Source: Podarcis melisellensis (Eukaryota). Taken from it: a stretch of DNA of 64,000 nt. The position numbers were made by a program, and so were the translations under genes. The notes under the pieces are model-generated. The model worked only from the letters and a program-made list of their open reading frames with translations. It searched no databases and was not told the origin of the DNA. The first letter of the stretch is position 1; each line of letters opens with the position of its first letter. The DNA lies in assembly GCA_964234715.1 (NCBI GenBank), contig OZ174275.1; one strand, written 5' to 3'. Below are positions 10,904 to 23,617 of this stretch, piece after piece.

Positions 10904-12104
10904 AAAATATACCATGTGTTTCTCCCCCATCCCCAATATAAGGCTGTGTCTAGGTGCTATATGTTGAGTAGAAATTCAACAGGGACAGTTTTCATATTAA
11001 TTTCTGTGCAATTTGCACCAGAAGCTGGTTGAGGCTGTCCCTTCCAACTTACACTGCATGCAGATTTGCCGGTATGGAAGCGTACCATGGCAATGCGCAC
11101 TGTTGTGGAAGTTAAGTTAGTCTTGTCTCCTAGCAAAAAGGCAAATGAACAGCAGCTAGTGAGAAGCCAGGGTTCCCAAGATTACTTGAATTAAAATTTA
11201 TTACAGAGTAGCCTAATGAGTCCCACCCACAGGCTATTAGAATTACCGGTAAGCCTTTCTACAATCCTACTAGTCTTCACCAGGAACTCCCTTTTCTTGA
11301 AGACTGCCTGCTATAGGATTATAGCCTGCTTTCATGAAGGTGTCTGTCAGATGCTTAGTCGCCATTACTGTACTACCACAGCCTTACTCAGCTCTTCCAG
11401 ATGATGAGCAGGTATTGGGAGATACAAACTAGGTTCAAAGGCTTCTCCTTGAGGCAAAGTAAGCAACATCAAGGCTCTGGTTCAGAAGTGTAATTGGGGC
11501 AATTAGCACTCTTGCTGTCATCAACAAGAAGCAGAACACTTAAAAGAGCCGTTGAAGAGCTTAAGCACACATTCTGGGATAATTTAAACTAACTCACCAA
11601 GGTGGAAACATCTATGGAAACTGAATCACTCAAGAAGGACCAAGCAGGCCTAAAGCCATTACTGCTGTAGCCGGTTCTGAGCCAAGCCCCTTCCTTAGTC
11701 TCTAAAGTAGAAGAATTAAGGAGAATCTGTTTCCATAGTTAATAAAAGAATGAATGAAATAAAGCACTTACTTTCTGAATGAACATCATGGTTGTTATTA
11801 GCACTTATGACATATATATTTTACATGTTTATCTACCAGAAATTAGAAATCATATTATGTGGATGTATACAAAAAGCAATTGTGCGTATTTATTTATTTA
11901 ATGCACTTTTATACTCCACCCTTGTTCTATAAAGCATCACTCAGGGCATCTCTTTTACCTTCTATATAAACGGTACTATTTAGGTAATATTGGCATGTCA
12001 ATAACTTTCCCACACTGGAATCAATGACAAGCATGGGTTTAATACTGAAGTCAAGGGGACTTTGTCCTGCCTTGTTTTGGCTGGATTAAGACCTCTCACA
12101 TGAC

Positions 12105-12422
12105 GGGACGCAGGTGGCGCTGTGGGTTAAAGCCTCAGCGCCTAGGACTTGCCGATCGAAAGGTCGGCGGTTCGAATCCCTGCGGCGGGGTGCGCTCCCG
12201 CTGCTCGGTCCCAGCGCCTGCCAACCTAGCAGTTCGAAGGCACCTCTGGGTGCAAGTAGATAAATAGGGACCGCTCCAGCGGGAAGGTAAACGGCTGGCC
12301 ACGTGACCCGGAAGTGTCTCCGGACAGCGCTGGCCCCTGGCCTCTTAAGTGAGATGGGCGCACAACCCCAGAGCCTGTCAAGACTGGCCCGTACGGGCAG
12401 GGGTACCTTTACCTTTACCTTT
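12105..12422 (+). mobile_element. Sauria SINE
   Basis: tRNA-like head (A box GGTGGCGCTGTGG, B box GGTTCGAATCC), (ACCTTT)n tail, approximate TSD ttaagacct.tcac. Confidence 0.9.
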
Positions 12423-13417
12423 AAGACCTGTCACCCGGCAACTGTTGCCATATAGATAGCTGCATCACTTGCTCATAGCTTTCTCCAAAGTCCTTTAGAT
12501 ATTATTTGGATATAAAAATTACCGGCTGCAGTTGAGCCGCATGCTCCTCACAAGAAGTGGTTTTCCAACCATCTGTATCAGAACTGCATGGTAAGGAGGA
12601 TATATATATATATGCTTGATGTCCAATATTTTCATCAAGGTGTGAAGGAAACAAAAACAAAGAGAATGTAGACTTGAATGTCGTAAAGATGAAAATTTCA
12701 CCAGTAACACAGAACTTCAATTCCCAAGCCTCATTTGGAATGCTGTGCAGTTTTATCAATTGAGATGGAACACAATTTAGAATGTAGCTAGTGCAGTTGA
12801 GGGTTATTTACAAAATTTTTGTTTTAACGGCATTTTTAATTTGTTTTTTTACTTTTATATTGCAAGCCACTTTGAGGCCTAGCCCTCAACCTAGGATATA
12901 ATATGAAAAAATATTAGAACAAGAAAGCTTAGGTTCTGAGATTAGGCTTTTTAGCCCCACAAAAAGATGGCAAAATACACTTGTACTTTAAATGTATAAT
13001 ACATTAAAGATAAAGAAAAACATTAACACAAAATGGTTCAGCAATAAATTCAGCTTTGCGATTAGAATGTTACTGGTTAGAAAAGAGCTACATGAATTTC
13101 AAGCTTTTCAATTAATATAATGAAATAAGGTAAGTTGTAATCACTCTTAATTGTTTCAGGTAGTGGCTGACAAAAATCTCCCCCTTGCTTTCTGACATGA
13201 GAAAGAACTGTGCTTAGACATGCTGAACTAGAAAGGCTGCTGAACATTAAAACTCACCACATTAAAAAAACTGGATTTAATCCTAACTTCCACACTTAAG
13301 GACGGAAGTTCCCCTCTTACTTTATTTGCTGGCAATCTTAACTGCTTTGTATCTTTTTTACAGTAGCACATCTTCTGTCATAACAGATAATTTTACGAGC
13401 CCCCAATATAGTACTAT

Positions 13418-13772
13418 GGGACGCGGGTGGCGCTGTGGGTAAAACCTCAGCGCCTAGGGCTTGCCGATCGCATGGTTGGCGGTTCGAATCCCCACGGCAG
13501 GGTGAGCTCCCGTCTTTTGGTCCCAGCTCCTGCCCACCTAGCAGTTCGAAAGCACCCTTAAGTGCAAGGAGATAAATAGGTACCGCTTTCTAGCGGGAAG
13601 GTAAACGGCGTTTCCGTGTGCTGTGCTGGTGCTGGCTCGCCAGAGCAGCTTCATCACGCTGGCCACGTGACCCGGAAGTGTCTGGCCCCCGGCCTCTTAA
13701 GTGAGATGGGCGCACAACCCTAGAGTCGGACACGACTGGCCTGTACAGGCAGGGGTACCTTTACCTTTACCT
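13418..13772 (+). mobile_element. Sauria SINE
   Basis: Same family as 12105; A/B boxes, ACCTTT tail, TSD aa(t/c)atagtactat at 13405-13417 and 13773-13785. Confidence 0.9.
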
Positions 13773-15215
13773 AACATAGTACTATAGTCCACTCAAAGGA
13801 TGCTGACTGGAAATATTTGCTTTGGTTCAGGAGAGAACTGTTGGACTTCCACTTTCTATCTGCTTTAAAGTCATAACATTGAAGTACAATTTTTATTCCT
13901 CCTCCTCCTGGCTTTTGAAACCATCTGCCACACTATGTAAGCAAGGTTACACCTTTTATTAGTACACTCCTTTTAGGACTCTTCTCTGTCTCACAACATC
14001 ATCTTGCAAGCTACCTTCAAAAAGTCTTGCTGTCAATATTACCATGCTATAACACTTGCAATCAAAAACTGTGCCGTATATCAAGGTCAACAAACAGTAT
14101 TTTAAATTCAGAAAAATATTATTTTCAACCCTTGAAAATGAAGTTATATTTTTCTGTATGAGGTGCAGTCACCTTAGAGCACTTGTATGATCAAAGAAAT
14201 CTCCAGAGGTTCAAGATTAAGAGGCAAGCTACATGGACCACTACTTACACAGAAGGAATTAATGTACATCCTTCTCTAACAACTGCAGCAGGATTTGGAC
14301 TGTGTTGGGCAGGGAGAGGAAGTTTAACACTTTCCCTGCTGAAGCCTGCTATTTGCATCAGAAGGGAAGTGCTGACAGAACCTCCCTCCTCAGATGAAGA
14401 GCACTTACAGGGAGGGCTTTCTGGCAGAAATGTGGCTGAGAGGGGCAGGGAAATCACCATTCTGATCTTGCTTCACTCCCCACCCCCCTGTGCATGTTTA
14501 CTCCTTTAATACAATGTCACATAGGTGGGATGGAACTATGTTCAATAGTTTTCTTTCAGGTTACTCAACAGAAACATATCACTTAGGTTCTGATATATAA
14601 TTATTTGGTTTTAAGAGGTCAGACTGATTGGAGGAATTCTTCACAGGTCAGACTGATTGGAGGAATTGCTACTTCTTCCGGGAGGGAATTTTGCCCTCCC
14701 CCGTGGTTGATGGCTTGGTTTTCTTGCTTGAATTTGCTGGGATGTATTTGCTCTGCAATAACCTTGTGTGGGGCATATGAGCTATGCTTATGGTTTGGGT
14801 TCCAAAGCATAATGCAGTTGGTGAAGGATGGCCTTTGTTTCGTACTGGAGATGTGTAATAAATGGCAGTTGCTTCTTTTCCACTGCCTGAAGATGTTCAT
14901 TCTAGATGCAACTACTTTCTGAACCAGTCCTTCATTGTAAGCCTCCTCTGTAACGAGGTTTGGAATGTAGACGACTGAATGAGCATTCCTCACTTACCTT
15001 CTTGGGAAACCTTTTGCACCAGCTCTGGGAATCAGCACAATGCCTGCAGTTCGAATTACCAAGGATCAGAAGCTAGTAATGTCCTTCCTATGGAACCATT
15101 TTGGGTGACACGGTAAGCAATACTGAAGGACAACCACCAGGACTTCTCTCCTCCCCAGTTAACAAAACAAAATAAAACTACACAAGCATGGAGGGAGTGG
15201 CTCATTATATAATTT

Positions 15216-15221
15216 TTTATT
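15216..15221 (-). terminator. ZDHHC5 polyadenylation signal
   Basis: AATAAA on minus ~1.5 kb after the stop, with U-rich upstream and GU/U-rich downstream sequence. Confidence 0.65.
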
Positions 15222-16740
15222 CCTCATTTTAAAATGGCTAGTCATAATAAAAATAAAAGTGTGGCCCATTGCAGGCCACAGTAAAGATATTGCCATAGAG
15301 AAAGAGTCAGTAGCGACTGGAGATTGTTGGATTCCTGGGTTGCTCTGATTTTTACTCATGGGCTTTTAGGGGTTAAAAGATTTTTGGCATATGGAAAAAT
15401 ATTGCTTTTTGGTTTGTTTGTTTTCCCTCTTCTTTCTCTTGCCCAGTTTGTGAATAAAGAACCATGATACCACAATAAATCAATATGGAACAAATCATAA
15501 AAGCAATATAAAAAAGCAGGGGAAACCACCTGGGGGAGGGATTTACTAAATACAAGTAATATATCCACATAGGCGACACAGCTCCAATGCCACTGCCACC
15601 CTCCTCCTGCTCAGCACCCAAAGCACATTCCTGTATCCTAATAGTATGCAACTGGCACCTGTGCATGCTGATTGGCCTGGTTTGTAGGGTATGGCATCCT
15701 TTCACTGGGAGTCATTTTACTGAGAAGTCAAAGCCTGTTTGGAGTTGAAAACATGGGAAGCCAAACACTCCCATAGTCTTCTTACCCCCCCCCCCCGAGC
15801 CCCCCAGAAAAGAAGGATTTATTCATGGGGGAAATCTTCCAGAAGGATAGAGCAGGGATTAGGAAGCCTTTGTCTATTCCCTTCATTTCCTGGAATCCAG
15901 AGTGGGGCAGAACAAGCCAAACTCAAGCCTGGCCACAGGCACTGGGATGACCAGGTCAGTGGTACTAATTAGGTAACATATTAGCATTTCCTCAGCCATA
16001 CTTGTCCAAGGATAGTGATTTAACAGCAGTTTTTGTATTTTGCCTGACCCATTCAAAAGTAAACAAAATGATTCATCTGATACAGCCCTTTGGACTCCTC
16101 AAAAATTAAAATGCTCCACACATGGCTTCCTCAGGCCCAGCTAATGGGGTCTGCCAGGGCCACCCCACGCTCCATATGGATATATATATATATTTTAATA
16201 TTTATATTTATATATTTATAGATATTTATATATACACACACCCAGTAACTCAGAACAGGAAAAAATAGCATCCGTTAACAATAAAAAAAAAATAAAAAAT
16301 GATCCACTCCTACCGCACTAGGCGAGCGATTGCACAAGGTCCACAACTGACTGTCCTGTTGGTAGTGGGGCAGCCTGCAGCCTGTACCTTCTCTCACAGA
16401 GGGTGCTGAGAGCAACTCCCTCCCCTTCTCTCTGGGCAGTGTGCGCTACAAATTGCAGTCTCTTTGTTGGTTGAGAGGAAGAGTGCAGGCTGTGGAGATG
16501 AGCAAGGCTAGAATCCTGCTGTAGTGTTTAGGGACTCTCCCAATCCCAGATACTTTAGTTTAAAAAGGTAGCTGTCCCTTCAGCTCTCCCCCCCACCCCC
16601 CACAAAACTGTATTTGTAAAAAAAGGTCCATGCATCTGATGGGGCAACCATTTGGTGAGCAAGTCCCAATCTCCTGCTCATCAGGGACAGAGCATTTTGG
16701 AATCAGCCAGGGAGGAGTCAACAGTGGGGATATCACCTCC

Positions 16741-16906
16741 TCATACAGAGATCTCATACGTAGTCCCACCCACTCCAGAGACCTTCTTGACTCCTCCACG
16801 AGTGGGGCTGCTGAGAGGTGGCTGACCAGGGGTGGGTGAGGTTGAGCTCAGGCTTTTGGGCTGTCCATTGGACTTGCTGTAGGAGGGTCTCATCTGCATC
16901 TCGTCT
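16741..16906 (-). CDS. ZDHHC5: ZDHHC5 terminal coding exon (exon 12)
   Basis: ttccccag| [15 protein letters not shown]...[12 protein letters not shown]; C-terminal PDZ ligand EISV. Confidence 0.97.
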
Positions 16907-17803
16907 CTGGGGAAAAGGAAGGATACAAGGATGTCAGGAAGTGACCACTCATTCAATGGCAATGGAAATGGAGGATGCCTCACACTCGGTAAGGAAAGGA
17001 AAGCTTGGGATACATCTTACACTGCTTAAGGAACAGTGCACTTTTTGTATCTACAGAGAACTTATTCTAAATACTTTCACCACCCAGGTAAACACACTAA
17101 TCTAGAAGAGGATAGGATACTACACACAGATAATTATTAAGAAAAGATGCTACATGTACCCAATACAACACTCTCTAGAAGGGAAAAAAAGGAGGTTCAG
17201 TGGGAAGAAAGCTTTTCAGGAAACTGACAGAAGGACTCATGCTTCCACCATCATGAGAGGAGCAGGTGATTTCTTACAATCTGTCCTTTCCCTGGTGGAC
17301 CCAAGTGTCTCTTTCATGCATGCCAACAAGACAGGGAAAAGGACCACACTTGGGTAAGGTAGAAAGGCAGACTCATATATAAAAGTTTTATATATGAGGT
17401 AGAAACCAAGCAGCTTTCACACAGATCCGGGTATCTTCTAGGAAAGCCAATGGCCACCACACACACCCAAGGAAAGTAGGGGTGTTCAAAGCCACACACA
17501 CTTCACAAAAAGGAATGTGGTACTCTAGAGATATGCACTGCATTGTATAGTGGAGGAAATGGACTGGTTCACACACTGGAGGGAAGGAAGGAAAGGAGGG
17601 AGGGAGGAAGGAAGGAAAGGGCAGACGAGTGCAGGCATTATTTGTAGATCTCCCCCAGCTACTCCCTCCAAATGCTGCTGAAAGAAACAAAAATTATTTT
17701 GGGGTCTCTGGTCAGATCAGAGATAGGACAGGGTTGAATGCGGCTGATCCTCCACCAAGTCAAGGAACACTTAAAGCGCGGGGCAGGTGTCACTTGTACT
17801 TAC

Positions 17804-18693
17804 TTTGGTGCCAGTAAAGGCTGCAAGGCCACCTCCTCAGTCTCTGGGACAATGGCCTGCGAGGACTGTTTTTGGCTGCTGTAAGACACAGATTTGCCCA
17901 AGTGTGGGGCTGCAGGCTGGTCTGGTGAGCCCAGAGAGCGCACTCTGAGTGCATGTGGTGGTTCTGGCTTGCCAAAGCGAGGTGGCACTGGGCGGGTGAG
18001 TGGGTTCTTGCCCAGAGGTGAGCGTTTTGAATCGTCCGAGGAGGAGCTGGTACGTGGAGCATTACTGGAGCCTGGGGTGGACTGGATGCCTGAGTCCCCC
18101 AGTGCTGTATCCTCCTCTTTGGCCAGGGGTGGTGGCGTGGGTGACTGCTGTAGCAGCTTCTCCCGCTCCTGCATGGAGGCCACAATGTGGCGTGAAAGAT
18201 TGTCATAACGGACCGGTGAAGGGTCACGGGGTGGCTGGTGCTTGGGTGAGCCAGAACTTGGGAAACGACTGTGCAGGTCAGCCTCCCGCTGCTGGGCAAT
18301 ACGTGCCGAGAGGAAAGGAGATGTGTAGCCCATGGGGGCCTCTGGCTCTGGGCCGGCCTGCACTGACTCAAAGTCAGGGCTGTCAGAGGGTGTGAGAAGG
18401 CTGTCGTAGGACAAGCTCCCATTGCGCGTCTGGTTCACCAAGCTCTTGTAAGATGTGGATGTGGTGCCCTCAGAGCGGATCGACTGAAGATGGCCCAATT
18501 CAAAGCCCATGCCTTGGGCAGACTTGAGGCTGGATGAACGGGAGCCACTGGATAGTGGATCAAAATGGAAACTTTTGCCAAAAGTAGGAGACCGAAAACT
18601 CTCTGGCTCCAGACTTGGCTCAGAACGGTAGCTGGGGTTTCGACTGCCCTCAGCAATGGAGGTTGCCTCCTTCAAGCTGTCTCCTCGGCTTAG
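17804..18693 (-). CDS. ZDHHC5: ZDHHC5 exon 11
   Basis: 890 nt, LSRGDSLKE...[15 protein letters not shown]...LLAPK; acceptor ctgcag, donor GTAAGT. Confidence 0.97.
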
Positions 18694-19705
18694 CTGCAGC
18701 AGGAGAGAAGGAGGGAAGAGGAACATATGTAATAGTCATTAGCAAGCCTCCTGGGATGTGGATATTAATTCATAACTATTGGGTGCAGAGTTTGCTTTCT
18801 CAAAGCTCCCATAAGCAAGGACCTCTGCTTAATGTAAATGGAGTCCCCACATTTCTTGATGCAGAAACCTCATTTTTTCAAAAACACTGTAAACACAATT
18901 ATGTAAGCTAGATAATCAAGTTATTACTTATTAAGAGGCAATGTGGTGTAACAGACTGTCAGATTTGGACCTTGGTTTAAATCTTCCCCAAAGCTGTAAA
19001 TTTCACTGTGTGCCATTGGCTCAGTCGCATTCCTTTATCTAACCTATTTCACAGGATTGCTTTATACATAAGGATTGAACCTGGGATCTTCTGCTTCCAA
19101 GCATATATTCTACCCACTGAGGTATGCAGACCATTCCTTATATAAAGTAGAAGAACCTCATTTACTTCACTCAGAGCTCCACTAAGGGTATTTACAAATG
19201 TAAAAAGAAATTCATTTTTGGGGGCGTCTTGTTTAATAAATCATTACTTCACTGATCAAATTCTAGCCAGCCATGGAAGAAGCATTAAGAGTTTAATAGG
19301 GGAGCATTTACACGTATAGTTCAAAATCAGCATTTTGAATTGGGCCCAGGAATTAATTGGACCCAGTGCAGTCTGGCCAGGATTGGCTTCATCTGCTCAA
19401 AATGTCTTACCCTTCCTCACATGCACTGCTACCAAATTTCCTTCTCCGTATTAATTTTTTTTAGCGAGATTCGAACTCGGAATAAGGGCAGTCCTGGGGG
19501 GAGGGAGCACTAATATTTTGCTGTATATACCACTTGTCTCTGTCTGCTAACTGAAGACAATGCTTCATATATTTGATGAAGTGAACTCTAGTCCATGAAT
19601 ACTTATGCTGCAATTAGGTTACAATCATATTGCAGCACACTTAGCAAACAGGACTTGCTTTTGAAAAAAACAAACACACTATTGCACTGTAAGACTCTCA
19701 GCCCT

Positions 19706-19746
19706 TAATAATAATAATAATAATAATAATTATTATTATTATTATT
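19706..19746. repeat. (AAT)n-(TTA)n self-complementary microsatellite
   Basis: AAT run directly followed by its reverse complement. Confidence 0.9.
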
Positions 19747-20030
19747 CATGGGAAGAGACAGAGAACTGAAATTGGTGAAATGGTTGTTCTGGCCAATGAA
19801 AGACCCCTCTCAGCCCCACGATTCCCAACATTGTACCATGCTAGAATTCTCCATTTATGGCATAATAGCAGCTGTACAATACACTAGAGAAATTTCTTAT
19901 AGAGAAATTGTCAAATTAAGGCACTAAACCACTGCACAATCTCAGAGAGAATTCCCTTTCCAACTCCACACCCTGCATTGTCTCCTGAAAACCCCACTCT
20001 TCATGTTTAACCCCCTTAGTTCTTCATTAC

Positions 20031-20143
20031 CTTGGCGCTGGTGGAGTGAGGCAGTGCAGCTGAAGTACTGCTGCTGCTATAGCCAGGTCGGTACTTGTAC
20101 ATTGTTGGAGTTGGAGGGCTGTCCTTGCTTAGCAAACTGCTGT
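20031..20143 (-). CDS. ZDHHC5: ZDHHC5 exon 10
   Basis: [38 protein letters not shown], 113 nt, AG/GT flanks. Confidence 0.96.
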
Positions 20144-21086
20144 CTGTGGAGATAAATGGGAATCACACACATACTTACAAGCAATATAATATAGTTACTT
20201 ACAGCTTTTCCTGGGGAGTTCCCAGCAATCCTGGTTTGAATGCTTTTGCAGAAATACCACATATCACAAGTGACTGATCCGTGAGAACCAGTTAAGAGCC
20301 TCAGGCAGGTGGACACACCATGGAGGTCAAGGAATCAGTCAGGAGGTAAGGGGTGTATTGCAGGAGTGGAGGTGAAATGGAGCAAGAGGAACAGTTCCTC
20401 AATAAAGACATCAAACAAGAAGCTTACAATCTGTACATGCACACCTTGCTAGTCCTGACCCTTGGGGTGTTCAATTTTGAGCACTGCTAGATGGGAAACA
20501 GTAGCACTGACTAGAAAAGAAAGCTCCAAGCATTTCTCCATGATCACGTTTTCTTTCAAGGCGCTACACCCTGGAAACACTACAGCAACAGCAAAAGCAG
20601 GTGGTTTCACAACTACACGAACTGGGAAATAACTCTAGCCTTCTGTTATTGTTCTATATAAGCTCTATAACAGCAGAACAAAGCACAGACCTGTCCTTCC
20701 AAGTAACCCCTGTTTCCACCTGAGTGTGGAACAGTCAACAGAGGGAGGAACAGTCAATAAATCCCCAAATCCTGACAGCAGCCTTCACATGTGGACAAGA
20801 GCTAAAGCTGGAGATTTACATGATCGTAACATCTAAAAGGTCATAACCTAGCTACCAACTCAGCACCTGCTCTAATAACCTGCCTGAGCACTGAGGCAAG
20901 CAGGTGGCTGTATGGTCAGAGTGCTGTGAATACCAGCACAGAGCTGCCACTGGGTTTTGTAAACAGTTCAGTACTGACCAGCTTCACTACTTGGCACTGC
21001 AGTCAGAGACTACTTCTCTGATGGCAGATCGCTGTAGAAGTGCACAGCTGATTGGATCCCTTGTCTCTCTGGAATGCTCCTCTTAC

Positions 21087-21210
21087 CCTCATTGGTGGCC
21101 AGAGTTAAATGCGTCCTCAGACCTGTGTAGCGGCTGAGGTCTGGCTTGGGTGGTGGCGGTGGCTCAGCATCAGCAGACTGGCTCTCCGTCACCTCAAGGC
21201 TTCCTTTGGA
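21087..21210 (-). CDS. ZDHHC5: ZDHHC5 exon 9
   Basis: [41 protein letters not shown], 124 nt. Confidence 0.96.
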
Positions 21211-21602
21211 CTGCAGAGACAAAGTGCAGAAGAATGAGACAGGACCCAAAGTCCTGAGCATTGTCCCCAGCTCTAAAATGTTGAAAGTGTTATTAGAAGG
21301 ACCTGCAGCCATCTAGCATTTCTGCAAGTGTAGTTGTAGACTGTGCATGTCTCAGTTGCTGGATGGGAAGGGAAAGGGCAAGTAAAAATTATATAGGATA
21401 TAAAAGGGGACAACTCTCATGCAGCAATAGTCACATGGGAGGAAAACAGACCTTCACTTGTCAGGGAAAACTAAGTACAAGTTGTGATAACATGGGGGAA
21501 GGATGTCCAAGAGGCTCATTTGGTTCCTACTCACGAATGCAGTGGCACCATCAAGGTCTGGAGAAAGCCAGTGCCTCGGTAGCATCTTCATCTCCTCCTT
21601 AC

Positions 21603-21735
21603 CTTTGTTCTCTTTAGCTCAGCCTGGATACCATTGTCCATTATCTTTACAGCTATCTGTCCATCTGATATTTCTGGTCGCAGGAATGGTGGCTTCACTG
21701 TAACAGTCTGCTCTGCCTTTGGCCGACCAAGATAC
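21603..21735 (-). CDS. ZDHHC5: ZDHHC5 exon 8
   Basis: [44 protein letters not shown], 133 nt. Confidence 0.96.
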
Positions 21736-23178
21736 CTAGTGAATCATGGGAAGCCAGCAAAGATGAGACAGTGCCTCCTGCAAACATGTGAACCAATGAT
21801 GATGTTTACATGCTCTGGCAAGAAAGTCTGAGGAATGTTGGAGGCATGAAGTTATTTGTATCCAAAGAACTACAAAGGCAATACTGCAGGTCACAGTTCT
21901 CTCATTCTCTAAAATCGAGTCCTGGTATCACCTGTGGCTTCACTGTACATTCCCTTATGCGCTTCCCTGCCGTACAGAATGCACTCAAAGTAGTGTCTTT
22001 ACACCCTTTGAGTTTCTGTTACATTACAGGCCATATTGCCAGAGTGAAGAAAGAAAGTCAAGCAGTGATGTGACAGTATCTGAGAGAATGTACATTTCCC
22101 TGATGTAAGTGTGCTGTCAAAACAATTATTATTTTTAACAAAATACTTAACAAACTGATGTATAACAGGTCTCACTAGTTGAGAACAGAAACAAGCCAAG
22201 GTGCATTTTTTATCCCTTTGTTTCTCTGGATAGGAACCTAGGATTAAAAACTGAACACAGCCATCCTTCAAGGATATAAGGCATTGGGGAACAAGATACA
22301 CCTTCTATCTAGGAAAACTGGAGAAAATTAGAGGCCAAGAGATAACAGTCACCAGAACAAAACAGATGAATAATTACAAAAAGTGTCAAATCATGGAGTA
22401 AATAATGCATTCCTTCTTCACAAGTTACATTCATTGATGTAATAAAAGTAAACAGCTTTTTCACACCTGTAGTCTGTTCACACTTACAGGCAGCTGTGAT
22501 GAGTGCAAAACACAGAGCATGCTGAAATAGTTTATGCAAGAAACACTAATAAATGCGCAGCAAAGAGTTACTGGATTATGATTTACATGAGTACAGACAT
22601 GTAGTGATATAAAGTCATACAGAGTTCTGTTCTCTCTAATGTTACATACATATGTGTGAGGAACACTAGAGCTGTTGGAATTGGAGGTATCAAGGAAACA
22701 TAACAATGATCTATTGTTAATGAGCCTTGCATATAACCTCAAGCAGGAATACCACATATTTTTGTTCTGTGGATAGTTCAAGTAAGCTCACAACCCACTC
22801 CCAAAGACTAATTATACTCAGTGGTATAGACGCACCTTGACATACAGATCCCAGAAAAAACAGCTAATATAAAAATTAATTAATCTTTCTGCCACATCTT
22901 TAGATAGTTGCCAACAACCCCTTCCTTTACTTCAATCTACAAGAGGAAGAAGCTTATAGCTGCTGTGTTAGACAACTGTACTTCAAGGTGTGATCTGGCT
23001 GTGAGCAATGACTTCCCACATCCCACCACCTCACTGTTGAAACCATTCATATGACTGATCCCAGAGAATCTTCCTCTGCTTCTCTGCTTGTCTCCATTAG
23101 CAATCAAGACAATCTAGCTCTTCTCTCTCCAAGAAAGAATAGGGCCTCTACAAATTTCTTAGGTGAGGCAGAATTTAC

Positions 23179-23270
23179 CTGGGGGCTGGGGAGCTGCAGA
23201 GAACACGACTGACGTTGTTACAACAGCCATTGGTGAATGGGTTTACTCCACCCCGGAATTTGCCTGTAAC
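23179..23270 (-). CDS. ZDHHC5: ZDHHC5 exon 7
   Basis: [30 protein letters not shown], containing C236/C237/C245; 92 nt. Confidence 0.97.
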
Positions 23271-23346
23271 CTGCAAGGAGAAAAGATATGTCAGGGAAAT
23301 AGAGACACTATGTAGTGAAGTCAAAAACTAACTGTAAAATATCTAC

Positions 23347-23449
23347 CTGCTCATTTGTAGTACGACCTCTGGCTACCAAGACCACATGGAATCCCGTAAG
23401 GCCTACAACAGGTATGAAAAACAAGCCAGCCACACACATCACAGCCATA
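23347..23449 (-). CDS. ZDHHC5: ZDHHC5 exon 6
   Basis: [34 protein letters not shown] (TTxE motif), 103 nt. Confidence 0.97.
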
Positions 23450-23617
23450 CTGTCAACAAAGTCAAGGAAGCAATTCATGAAGGACCAGCCTACAACTTTG
23501 TTTTTGGGATTCCTTTCCCTCCCACCACCCATCAGTTGGCAGTATCTCAGGTGAACAGCCCAATTTTTCACAAGAATTTGATTAAGGAATTCTTTGCACT
23601 CTAGAAAAAGAGGATAC
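23450..23617 (-). other. U12-type (minor spliceosome) GT-AG intron of ZDHHC5
   Basis: 5' splice site GTATCCTCT; branch point TTCCTTGAC at 23461-23469, ~12 nt from the AG; weak polypyrimidine tract. Confidence 0.85.

Larger units (their letters stand above)
5728..15043 (-). pseudogene. Decayed multi-exon gene, probable TOPAZ1-like paralog pseudogene
   Basis: Ordered AG/GT-bounded blocks on minus: 14998-15043, ~14249-14900, 12523-12583, 11772-11832, 11598-11701, 11247-11514, 10392-10485, 9698-9809, 8775-9384, 8620-8685, 8106-8532, ~7650-7951, 6655-6915, ~6060-6576, terminal 5794-5910 with TGA and AATAAA at 5728-5733. In-frame stops and frameshifts throughout. Peptide remnants KDWT, AMLWVL, DILEYH, FLLPSTIPID, LLAREH, GMFP, AEEM are in the same order as recalled TOPAZ1 motifs. 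Confidence 0.65.

Noticed and set aside
17790-18422. 210-aa alternative-frame ORF and antisense ORFs over ZDHHC5 exon 11
   Set aside because: Shadows of a long GC-rich coding exon; no recognisable domain.
19565-19615. Additional hammerhead-like remnants (also ~7555, ~40183, ~57175)
   Set aside because: Core CUGANGA/GAAA or stems are disrupted; old Penelope debris.
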